From Phallusia mammillata (Eukaryota), in the NCBI GenBank assembly GCA_965637545.1, contig OZ281500.1:16492001-16556000 (forward strand): DNA of 64,000 bases, in the 5' to 3' direction. The notes under the pieces are model-generated. The model was not told where the DNA came from. It saw only the letters and a program-made list of their open reading frames with translations, and did not search any database. This document shows positions 1-11,800 of the stretch, in pieces. Positions within the stretch are counted from its first letter, which is position 1. Each line of letters opens with the position of its first letter. Both the position numbers and the translations under genes were made by a program.

Positions 1-224
1 CTGCAACATTATCCAAATATAAGACATCAAACGCCAAAGAGGCAATGTTTTTGATTTTTGTAGTTTAAGCCCAAATATTTACCTAAACTGAACTGCAACT
101 CACATCTTTTTCAACTGTTTTGACCCGGATATATACGAAACCGCCTTTCAAGCGATCGCCAAGAAATGTTTACATGTGAGTTCCTCATTTTCAGTTGTAG
201 GTTTTTTGAAAAATTTCGTTAACA

Positions 225-835
225 ATGGCTTCACCAGTCAAAGAGGAAGACCTTCTAGTTCCAACCTGCATTCACTGGACCACCGACGATGTTGCCAATT
301 GGATTGAAGAGCTCGGCTTTCCCCAATACCGAAACTGCTTCACCACAAATTTAATAAATGGACGAAAATTGGTGTTAGTTAATTCAAGGTAGACATACAA
401 TTTGTTAAAGTAAACTTTACAAAACTTGAAACAGTATTTTGTGAGAAATCTCTCATGATAAACAGTAAATTGAATGTAAAGTGAATAGTATAATCTACTC
501 TTTCTGTAGCACTCCCCAGTATATCTGTACTTAATTTCTCTGCAGCAACAAGCTCGGAAAAAATATTAAAACTATTAACTTTCTACATATTTATGTCAAT
601 AATATGTTAAAAACTTTTTTGCAGTCTTTTGCCAAGACTTGGCATAACAGACTTTGACCACATTCTTTTCATATCTTCAAATGTTCGACAACTTCTTGGA
701 CTTGAGAAACCATTTTGGAACCGAAGTATTGCTGACCCCCCAAACACCCCAATGGGATCGTACTTGGACAAAATCAGCAGAACTGGGCCTTCTGTGGAAA
801 AACTGACTTATTCACAATTTTTAAGACATTGCTAA
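225..835 (+). CDS. SAMD15: SAM-domain protein, SAMD15-like (2 coding exons: 225-388, 625-835)
   Basis: ATG at 225 reads MASPVKEEDLLVPTCIHWTTDDVANWIEELGFPQYRNCFTTNLINGRKLVLVNS. Donor AG|GTAGAC at 389 and acceptor tttgcag at 624 are both phase 2, giving ...NSSLLPRLGITDFDHI...FWNRSIADPP...YLDKISRTGPSVEKLTYSQF. This aligns with recalled SAMD15 ([42 protein letters not shown]). AATAAA near 1170 and 1378. Confidence 0.88.
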
Positions 836-3784
836 CTGTCCTTATTAGTTTGAATTGTGTATAATTCAATTTGTGTGTGGTGCAAATTGAAAACACTAGT
901 TTTGGCCTTGATCTGCATTAGAGATACTAGGTGACATGCAGCAATTTATATTTTATTTTTGAAATGTTTTCTTTGATACATGTCCACTCTATTACAACTT
1001 ATACTTGCACCGACATTCAAACAATACTGCTTTGAATCACTTATTTATTTTATTTCCATCTGCCTATTAGCATAATCTACTATCCGTCCATCACAACATA
1101 TTTTTATTGCACTTTTGAGTGTTTGAATATGTATTGCTGTGAATTCTGTGAACTGTGAATGCCTAAAAAAATAAAAGTTTACATTGCCAAAGTGCTGGTT
1201 TGGACAGGTTAAATCTTAGGCATAATTACAAAACTAAAGTCTAATACAAGTAATTATGCTTAACATTTAAAATTTCGTAATAATGTAATAACTATGGTTT
1301 TACAGGAGTATATTTCACACTGTATTTTTGTTATCACCAGTTTATGCACATAATAACAAAACAGAACATTTAAAAGCAATAAAACAGTGAAAGATATTTA
1401 ATACAGATATATATATATATATACAACCCAAACTATCTTAACATTTTTTATTACCTGTCGATACCGCACGATTCAAGCACGATTGTCCTACCACAGTATA
1501 TGTTAAACGTTGATAGTTGCAAATCGAACCCTACCAGCAAACCAGCATAGCACGGTATCCACTAGATGGCGGTGACGGTCGCGCAGAGATGCACCAAACA
1601 TTTTGAATGACATTTTCCCACACCTGTTGTGGTTCCACGCCGCTGCACCTAATCATGGGAAAAAGGGCGTCCGCCGAATTACACGTGTGTGCGTGACGAA
1701 GCGTGCTCAAGATGCCGCCACTTCGCGACTTCTTGAGGACAGACGGAGCTTTCCAGCTGAGTGCAGAGCTGTCTGCGCGCTTTTTGCTGTGTTTTGCCAC
1801 CGATTAGTGTATAGTGCTAATCACACCACCTCTGCAGTGTTAAGTTCAACAACGTGACAGCAACTGGTCAAACAGCAAAGACAACAACAGCTGGAGATTT
1901 GTACCTTTCGGTATAAAACCCAGTGTTTCGGTTTTGTTTATTAGAGACGTTGATAAATGGTACCTTGGCTTTGACGTTTGTTTTAGCGTGTCACTTGATT
2001 GTGGTCTAACGTAATCGATTTTAATTTATTGAGCGGTTTGAAAGCAGTGTTCGTAGTGTTTTCTAAGCAATTGTTACCAAAGTAAACAAAGAAGTATGTG
2101 AACGCTGACTTATCGTTTTGTGTCATGTGTGACAAGCAAACTTGAAATTGTAACAGACTTGATAAACCAGCTTTTGATTGTATAGAAGTGCAGTCATTAT
2201 TTGTTCTCTGGAGATTCTTACACAGTCTGTTGGCAATGAATGAGCACCCCGCGACCACCATAACAAAGTCACACCAAGAAGTTTTATGTGTGTGATTGAC
2301 AGTTTTTTTGAGGTGAACTTTAAAAATAGTCCATCGCAAAGTTTATTAGAATAACAGCGCCCTAAATTTTAGTGTCGTAAGTCACGTCTGGTCCGTTGTA
2401 AACTGTGCTTGTAAACTGCGTCAGTAAAATTTGATGATCATTTCCCAAAACGTACAGGCAAGGGTTTGAAAGCATATAACTTTGCACCGATTTTGTTGTT
2501 TGAGCGCAACCGTTGGTTGTTTGTGTATGCGGTGGGGCAAAATGCCGTGGGTTTAAACCCACCAAACTGATAATTTTAGAAGTTGCATAGGCGTGCTGGT
2601 TGTGACTAGCGTGCATGTAATGACGGCCGGTGCACATCGCTATGAAAATAAGGCCTTGTTGATTTTGCGTGGGGATGTCCTATCCAAACTCAACCCTAAT
2701 CATAGCAAGAACTGTATAGCTTAAACATATTTCATACAGACAGACAGTTGGTGATCAGTCTTTTAATAAATGGGAAGAAGTTTGGGTTGCAATTTAAACG
2801 GGATTCAGGTGCCTAGAAAATATTTCAAGGTATATTTTGAAAGTGTAAGATTTTGAATTTGGTCTATGTTATTTCTTTAGTGCACAAAAACCTCTTTCAC
2901 AAAAACGAGCGTAGATATTAACTCATAGGTAATTGGGCTCATGATAATAATCGCGTTTTGAGTTTTCTTTGTTTTTACCTTACATACAGCAGACAGCACG
3001 AACATCCGTTTATAGTTTTTTTTCTAATAATTGTAATAATTCTATTAACGTACGTAGTTTCCGTGGCAAGTTATATAAACGTTGGCACGAATACTCTAAC
3101 CTGCCAACAAAGTCTAACTTACGGGATACGGTGGTAACACAAGATTTCCTGACTGTGTCTCACCGCAAGGCTGTATATATTGCTTCCTTGCATGGAGGCC
3201 GTACTTTTGAATTCTTTTAGCCTGTCGTATTTAACACTGGGAGTTCGCGAGAAAACTCGGCAAGGCTGTTATATTAAAACGACGGTTGGAAGTGGACTGC
3301 GCATAAATTTCTGAGTATAAGTTTGGACCCTCGATAGAAATTGTCGTTGAAGCAGTATGGAAAACACCGATACTATTTTGACGCCTTTTGATGCCTTTTG
3401 ATGCCTACGAAGTATGAGGTAGATAAAAATCACCGTTACACCATCTAAATTGTAACTGAAGAATTCCGATTTGGTCAGTTTGTAGTTTAAATAAAGATAA
3501 TTTTGGTTACTTTAAGATATATGTGTGTATATATTGCCAAGAATCATAGATAAAAAGTATAATATCATGAGTTACTTGGCAATGTCCAACTTTTATTTCC
3601 TGTCATTAAAAGTATAGGTAAAGCATTTTGCATTTGCGCAATAAATAAGGTTGTATAAACCAGTCTTTTGTCCTCCAAATACCTGTGAAAGGTTGACCTG
3701 TTTGGTCAAATCAGTTCTTCAGGTGTCAGGCTCGATAACGACTGCAATTATGTGGACAGCCGCTTTAGTGTGAGTTGCAGGCGC

Positions 3785-3850
3785 CGCAATCAATCAGCCC
3801 ACGCCGGCTCGGGCAACGACAGATTGGTTGAAAGGCGATAAAAAGGTAGC
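3785..3850 (+). promoter_or_regulatory. candidate promoter region upstream of RBM24
   Basis: GC-richer patch with an inverted CCAAT box (ATTGG 3823-3827) and TATA-like GATAAAAAGG at 3837-3846. Motif inspection only. Confidence 0.3.
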
Positions 3851-5889
3851 AACTGTAACGCACCTCCGCTCTTTAAAATCCCCTGGTCTAGACGAAACCT
3901 CACTCAGTTGCTGTTAGTTAGTTGTTGGCTGGTGGCTTGCTTAAATTTGAATAGTATCCGCTTATACGTGTGCTGCGTTTATAGGAGGACTTTGTGTCAC
4001 TCTGTTGTGCTATGAAGCATGGTTTTCAAGTAGTGAATAATAATTTTTACTACTGGTTGGCTGTAAAATCGACTACGGTATTGATTTTTTGCATTACTTG
4101 CGTCGTTTCACAGCACATCTGATTGGAGACTGTTTCAGATAATTGACCGTGTTTGTAAACAAAATACAGAATATAGCAGAGGTAGTGTAGCACCTGGTGT
4201 CATAATAAAGCTTTGTCGATATCGCAAATCGACTGTTTTCTCTGTGGTTATTGTTGTAACCGGTTTAGTTTGCAGACGTATAATAGTTTGATCAAGAGAT
4301 GCACGATCTTATCTTGACATATGACAATGTCAGCGATTTATAGATAATCTTAAATAAACTCAGCAAAGAGTACTCTGTGCAACTTTCAAACACAAATTTA
4401 GGTACCTTTTAAATAGAATGCAAGAAATCTATGTATTAATCTGAAAAAAGAAAATTTTGAAATCGGCGATCTTTTAGTATTTAATAAAAAAATTACCTAC
4501 TTAATTTTGTTCTGGTTTTTTTCATTTTAAAGATTTTAGTACCGGGTAAAACCAAATCAATATCTCAATGCTTTTGTTTTTTGGTTTATTGAATGTTGTT
4601 AAAGCAGCGCCAAATTTGGCTTAAATCCTATTCACTGCTTGCTTTATTAATTATTAAAACAGTGAGCTGACGTTCGACCAAAGCCCTGGTGTTTTGTAGG
4701 GACAGGTTCATTCGTTCATCATGTTTTGTGTACTGGTATGTCAGATATATTATTCATGAACCTTTCGCTTATGCGGTAAAGGAAGTAAAATTAGGTCTAA
4801 TGTAAACAGGCGATATAATAACGTTATGTTGTTTAAAATATGGTCTGCGTCAGTTCAGTCTACTTTTGAAAAGGTAACATTTGTGGCCATTAGGGCTATA
4901 ATAATGTTAGACTGCAAGGTTTCCACAAAGCGATTTTATTCCAAAGAAAATACTCCAGGGCATCAAAATTTCTGTGTAAAAATGTTTATTGTCGGAATTG
5001 GACTTACAACAATATGTTATATTTTATTATTTTAGTCTAAAGCTTTGCTGATAATGCTGTAGTGCATCGATCTAGCTTTAAGCCTTCAGTCTTCCTAATT
5101 TGTGAGAGCAGCGCTTCACTGATACGGAGCACCACGGCTCTCGAATCGGCCATTTCCCTTTCTTTGTCCGCTTACCAAGCAAAAGTGGATCTTCTTTCGT
5201 CGCCAGTAGCATCCACTGCCCTTCAATCAGTGAAGGTCGAATTTGAACCGACCAGTAATCTGGACAGCGAGCAGCAGGTCTCAGCAGCGGTAAACCACCA
5301 AGCCGCCATTGTGGATAGTTCTGCCCGTAAACGTAAGGCAAGTCCATTCGTAATCACGTCTACCGAAACCAGCACCATTCCCAACAACGTAACTGAAAAC
5401 GGTTCTCTTGACAACGCGACCGCCAGCAAGATTCCTCGTGTGCTGGCAACGTCACTTGCAGTCACGTCACTAGGCTTGAACTCGCCGACGTTCGTTACGT
5501 CTCTAGGAGCCCAAGCGTCTCTTACTCCTCAGCAAGTCAGCGCTGTGCAGGCGGCGAAACCCCTTAACGCAGCAACGGCAGGCCTAGGCGGTCTCCTTGT
5601 TGCTAGGCTACCACCTGGACATCCTCAGTCCGCACTAGCGTCGCCCGGAGGCACGCTTCTGTCGTCTGGAGCAGTCGGAGCCGGCGGTTTACTTCGTTCC
5701 CAAGCGATAGGTTCGCAGGTTCTTCCCCAAGCCGCTGCCGCCCAGACCAACCTGCTCGCACAGCACCAACTGCAAGCGCAGTTGCTTCTCGCCAACGCCA
5801 CTTCAGCAGCAACGGAAACGGCAAACGCAGTACCTGCAGTAGCCTCGGCATCGCACACCGTCATTAACAGCGCCGGTAAACCGACCAAT

Positions 5890-8800
5890 ATGTCGATCCA
5901 ACAGAAAGACACGACCTACACCAAAATCTTCGTCGGGGGACTTCCCTATCACACTACCGACTGCTCGTTGCGAGATTACTTCGCAGTTTTCGGGGAGATT
6001 GAGGAGGCTGTCGTCATCACAGACCGACAGACTGGAAAGTCGAGAGGTTACGGATTTGTAAGTACTTTGATATGATTTATTTATCGAAATGACTGCGTCT
6101 GGTGTTAAGTGATATATGTCTGTGCTCTGGTGCTTCAACGATGTAACAAAATTGCTGTTACATGGGTGGTTGAACGTTTATTGAGAGCTAATTCTCGTTT
6201 AGGGTTTACAGTAAAACCAAAACTATTCACGAATAATTTTAAGTACCAACATAACCGTGGTTGTATTATAAAGCGATGTACCAGACCCATCAATAACTTA
6301 ACAAGGCTGTAAAGCAAATGATTAGATAAAATGTATAGATTATCAAAAGACACCTCGAGTTTGTTCACTTAACATTATGTATGGATTGGCCTATCCAACC
6401 AATCGTGTTTTAATATCACATTCAACATAACGTGTGGTGTATGCCTGCGCTTCTCTGTGTTACTAGGAAACGCAAGATCACTGTGTTGTCTGGGACACAG
6501 TGTCGTGTAAAACAACCTTTTCGGCGTCTGAATTTTACATATCCTTCTGGGTTGAGCAGCATATACGGTGTATGACTCCAATTCTGACGCCACGTATTCG
6601 GTCTTGGTGCCTGTCTTCTTCAATCGAGAAGTGACATTTCACAATGTGTATTATGTTGAATGGCGTTTGATGCCGTCGTTTTAGTATCTGCACTTTGGAC
6701 ATAGGACTTTTCGGGCAAAAAATATCTGTTGAAATACGGTCGTAGTTGTTTTACCAATCACGTCAACGTAAAACAAATTAACTCCAGTGGTTTGGCAGTT
6801 TGAAGGATGTTTGTATTTGCAACGCACTGAAGTCAAGTACTTCATACAAGTCAATGAATGATTGACAAAAACCGATTGGATTCAAATCTACTCACTTTAG
6901 TAGGAGCGGCTTTAAATGCAACTTTTGGGAAAAGTAATGCTCTGGTGTCCAATGAACCACGTTAGAAGTTTGATATTTAAGTCACTGATCCTGAACGTTG
7001 TACATCGCTTATCGACCCCTTGTCCTCCTAAAAATCGAACTACAACGTACTAAAAGTGTTGTGCGTGTTAATTACTTGTCTTGTCTGAGCCAACAAACAA
7101 GTCGATTACGGTTGGCGTAAAACCATCAGCTCAGGTTAGATACATAATTAAACCGCGTGTCATCGGCCACAGGGCCTTACTTCCAGCTGATGACTCGAAT
7201 CGCTTGGACACTCTTGCCGTACTGTCTGCAAGCCCACATAGATGATTAACTCATGAGCTGAGCAAACAAAACACCCAGAAGTACGCTGTTGGCCTCGCTG
7301 TGTGCTGTACCCTACTGAACATTGTAACAAATTAACCAAAGCGCCCCACAGTGCTTGCGTGTGTACATGTAATGTTTGTGTATAGATCGTACACGTTACG
7401 AGAAGGATTTGAAACACGTTTTACAGCCTTGTAAAGCAACGTTACGGGCGAAACTGTAAAATGGCCAAGACATGTATAAAATTGCAGTTCTATGCATGTT
7501 TTAGAATAATTTTGATACTGTAACGAACCGTACAAAACTTGTTTAACTAAAAATATTGCATCTCCCACCAAGCCTATATGTACTAAAACAATTTGGTCTC
7601 CGTTGTACCACGGACGTAACGTTTGTTGCTGTTTTCACAGAAAAGTAAACCATTCTTTATCTCTTAATGATGTCAAAATAATATTTGTCAGGTAACAATG
7701 ACAAACAAAGATGCTGCAGAGCGAGCTTGCAAGGATCCGAACCCAGTGATTGATGGAAGAAAGGCCAACGTGAACTTGGCCTACATCGGAGCCAAACCTC
7801 GTATTATGCAAACCACAGGTGCGTAAACTAAAAGTCGACTAAACCATAAGGGTGATATTTGAAACCAATGTTCAAAAACAGAAATATACAGACATTAGAA
7901 ACGTTTGGCGTTCTTGGAAACATTTTCTCTAACGCGATGCAACACAACTGCACTGAGGAAATTCTATCCTTATAAGCCACTAAGCCTCTTTTGTGTCTGC
8001 GTTCTGTTTATGCAATGCACAAAATTTGATGATAAAATTGGTCAATTTAGGAATTGATGTGGATTTCGACTTGTGTTTTGTCTTCTCGTTGTGTTGGGAC
8101 GCGGGTATTGAAATGTTTCTTTGTTCTAACATAATCAATAACAACAAGATCCCGGATTTTTGATCAGTTGACTTTGCATTAGGCCACTGGTAATCTTCTA
8201 GATAAAAGTCCCAAAAAATCGATTGAGCTATTCCCACGATGCCTATCACGCACATTAGGAAATGTATTTTTTAATAGCAAACTCATTACTTTAATCTGCA
8301 TCAAACCCCTTTTGGAAAAAAGAGGCAAAGCATGGTGGTTGTAGGCTGTCACAACATATTCTGAAAACTGTATGGTAGAACATATCTTAAATTAAGGATT
8401 TTAGGTTTCGCGCAAGAAACTTGTGATAAAATGTTGCAAAAGCCGTGGATTAAAGCATTTCAATGACAGATGAACTCCGGTTTACAGACCTTCTTTTGCC
8501 TCATCTTATATATCCCGTGGGAAAAGTCTTGTGACACATGTTTGTACGCCGTTTAGTATACGTCAATCGTCGAACAGCTGAAAAGCTTCCATGCACGGTT
8601 ATCGGCTGTTATTCATAAGGACGTATGGCCTACTGGGATCTCACCCACACAAACAAAGCGTTATAGTCTATCGAATCTTCATCTGAAACTCAATTTTGCA
8701 TTGAATTTGTGTTGAATTGTTTGGTCTGTGTCTTACCAACAGCTTTCGCCTTGGTGTATCGCTTTGATACTGCGTAAAAACTGCAGGCAAGTAAAACGGT

Positions 8801-11800
8801 AACGCATTCGTTTTCCTCAAAAGCTATCTAACGAATAGATATCACGTTATGTCATGCGTATTGGTTACGGTCTCTTTTGTGCATTGGTAGTAGGGATCAA
8901 ATAATCGATATTTAGTATCTAGTTAGGTTTCACGTCATTTTTGCCACGATATACTCGTTTTTTACTTGCCGTGGTGTTATTGTAAGAACGTGTAAATTAT
9001 GGGTTACCAAGATGTTGTTTTGCTGCAAACATTCATAATTTTATGCGCTGATACGCTCGGTATGTTAAATGTTAATTTTCGGAGCAAACTGTTTTCCGGC
9101 TCCTAGTTTTTACCCTGCCACTGGCTTAGTCAAGTGCCACAGTTAAATGTTTACTCATAGCTACAGTTTACACTCCTTTACCCGCTGCTTGTGAAAAACC
9201 GTTTAATTTCTTGAGGACTTGGTGCTCGCTTTCTTAGCATGTTGAGAGCTAGCTGGTTGATTTTTATGTACTGAGCCCATCGCGTCAGTCCTTAACTGGT
9301 TTTAAGTGGGGTTCTTCAACCATTTGCACAATCTATTGGTACTAATATTGCGAGTGTAGTATTTTCCAAACCAAGTTGAAAACTACCCTTCAAAATGCCG
9401 AAAAGTCACGTTTAAATGTGCGTCGTATTAGCTTAGTCTTTTCAATAAGAACACATAACTTGGTTGAGGTCAACTAACCACCCAAAGAGTCGATTTATTT
9501 TAGTTTATCAAATTGACTAAAGGCAGTGAATTCGTGATTTATTTCAAAGTACAGCATACGATCCCATCAGTAACTAGTTCATGGCAGGCATCCTTCGCTC
9601 TCTTGTCATTTGATATCATGAACGCTTGATTAGTTACGAAATCACTAACCGTGACACTTGGCAGTTTTAAACCATCGATAGTTTTGGTTTTATTTCTTTT
9701 CGTATTAACTTAAACATAACTCGCTAACTGGTAATAATTAGATAATCAACAGCATCTTTTGATACATTTCAACCAACCATGACAGGGGTACTTAACATAA
9801 AACGTTGCGAAAGAGATGATCATTGACCATTTCGTTTTCAGATTTACGATTATTTCAACATAAACGCGACAGTATTAATGCTTCCGAGTGCACTGGTAAT
9901 CTTATTTTGATCTTGCCGCGGTAGTTTTAATTTTTCCAAGCCCTTATAGCATACTGTTTAGTCTACATTAAGACCATTGTTGCCTGTATAAACAGGTATT
10001 ACCTGCGACCCCACCAATGGGAAATGTCAACAATTTAGCGCGTCAACAAAACATGAATGTTGACCTTGCTGCGATTCACTTTGCTGTTTTTAAAAGACGG
10101 TGGCCTTATTGGCCAATCAAAACAAGTCACGTCCACGCTTGTAACGAAGCCTGCTGGCGACTACTAGTATACCTATCAACTGAAATTATGTGAGGCTAGT
10201 TGAGTTGTAAAAATACACGTTTTTGTCCACCTCCAAAGATCTATTTGTAAGGAGTTTTGATGCATTAGGTATAGATGTCGGTAATAATGTGTAGTACTCC
10301 ACTATACCGACATGGCCTTCTGCCCTGGCAGACTATTTTGGGATGCGAAACTTACTAAACAAAACCGCAGGTCTCGTTCCTCAGTTGGAAATTTAAACTC
10401 GCCTTGTCAACGAAAATTCGTTTTAAACATGAGATTGGAATTCTAAGCATATTCGGAAAAGGGACAACAAAGAACATTAGGGGGTCCCACAGACCGCAAA
10501 AGGCCCGAAAGCGTCCGTTGGTCTCGATGCCGCCTGGAACCGTGTAGGACGCATAAAGATGGCACTTGATGAAACAAAGACTTTCCTAACGCGACAATTG
10601 TTACGAGATAACCTAAGCTGCCTTGCCACGCATGTAAAGGCCGCTATGCAATTCATCTGCTTTATTGTATGTCGCACAGAATGGCTGACAGATTTTGTTA
10701 CGCATCGGGCTTTTATATCAGTCACATAAGGATTGTAGCTTGACTTGTGAAGAGCCTTTGTCACCAGTTATTCGACTGGTTCGCCGTCGGACGTTCAGAG
10801 TTTTAAGTTACGTTTCCACAGATGCTACCTCTTTGTGTTAGTCAGGCGTTCTTTGTGTGTTACACTTTCTCACTGCTGCTAATAGACAAGAGGCCAGCGC
10901 GGGCAGAGGTTTTGTGTCTTGCCTTTTGTGTCGCCCGGTACTGGTTTTACGATAGAGGGCGTGCTTGTTTGTTATTTGAAAGTGTCCGTTGTGTTTTTGC
11001 GACAGTTTGAAAAACAAAACCGAGTTAGTTTATTACTTTTCCAATATTGGAGGTAAATGCATTTTAAAGCTGTCGGACCTGCTTTATGATCGTCTATTAG
11101 GGTTTACGTAACTTTGCATGTGTACTTCGTCTGTAACCTATAGGTTAATTTAAGGTTTCATAATTCCACAAGTCTAGAAATACTTCGTTGTGTAGCAAAC
11201 TCGTTTAAACAACTTATTGGTATTGTGTTGTTTATTGACATTATTTTTGCTTGTTTTGCAGTTGGACTACGTCAGATTCCTCAAGCCTACGTCCCAGCAA
11301 ATCAGTACGTGTAACTTTTATATTTTTTTAAAACCGTAAGCAATCACTTTTCATAACTTCATCGAATCTTAAACCGCCTTGCATGGGAATATTAAATATC
11401 TTTTGCAATATTAAAACGGCGATTAAACACTAAACGTGCAATGAAAACATACTTATTGAATGACACATCCACTTATGTTTCGCAAGTGCTTACGTTTAAA
11501 ACGTTAACTGAAATATGTGTAGCTTGCTCTACCTTTTAATTGAAAATAAATCAGTCAAACTTAGCACAGCTTTAAAGGTCAGTAAATTGCTTGTCCTCCT
11601 TCTATAACGTGCTGGTTTGTGCTTAAATCACCTTGACGATATCCACAACTCGGCAATAATCGTTTCGTTGCTGACATTTATGCCGTGATAAAACACACTT
11701 CACCCTCTAAACATAATTATGTGCAGTTAAATTTAACGTATAGTCGCCTAATTTTGATGTGCGCATGATAGATCGTGATGCAAAACAGAAATATGAATGC

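Noticed and set aside
176-200. GTGAGT...TAG as a 5'UTR intron of SAMD15
   Set aside because: At 25 nt it is too short for a spliceosomal intron.
5078-5912. Antisense ORFs over the RBM24 extension
   Set aside because: These are expected shadows of a GC-rich coding-like sense strand, with no recognisable domains.
10822-11052. Additional RBM24 cassette exon (acceptor 10821, donor 11053) with an early stop
   Set aside because: The splice sites are plausible, but such pairs are common in a 3.4-kb intron and nothing else supports it. Worth checking only in junction data.
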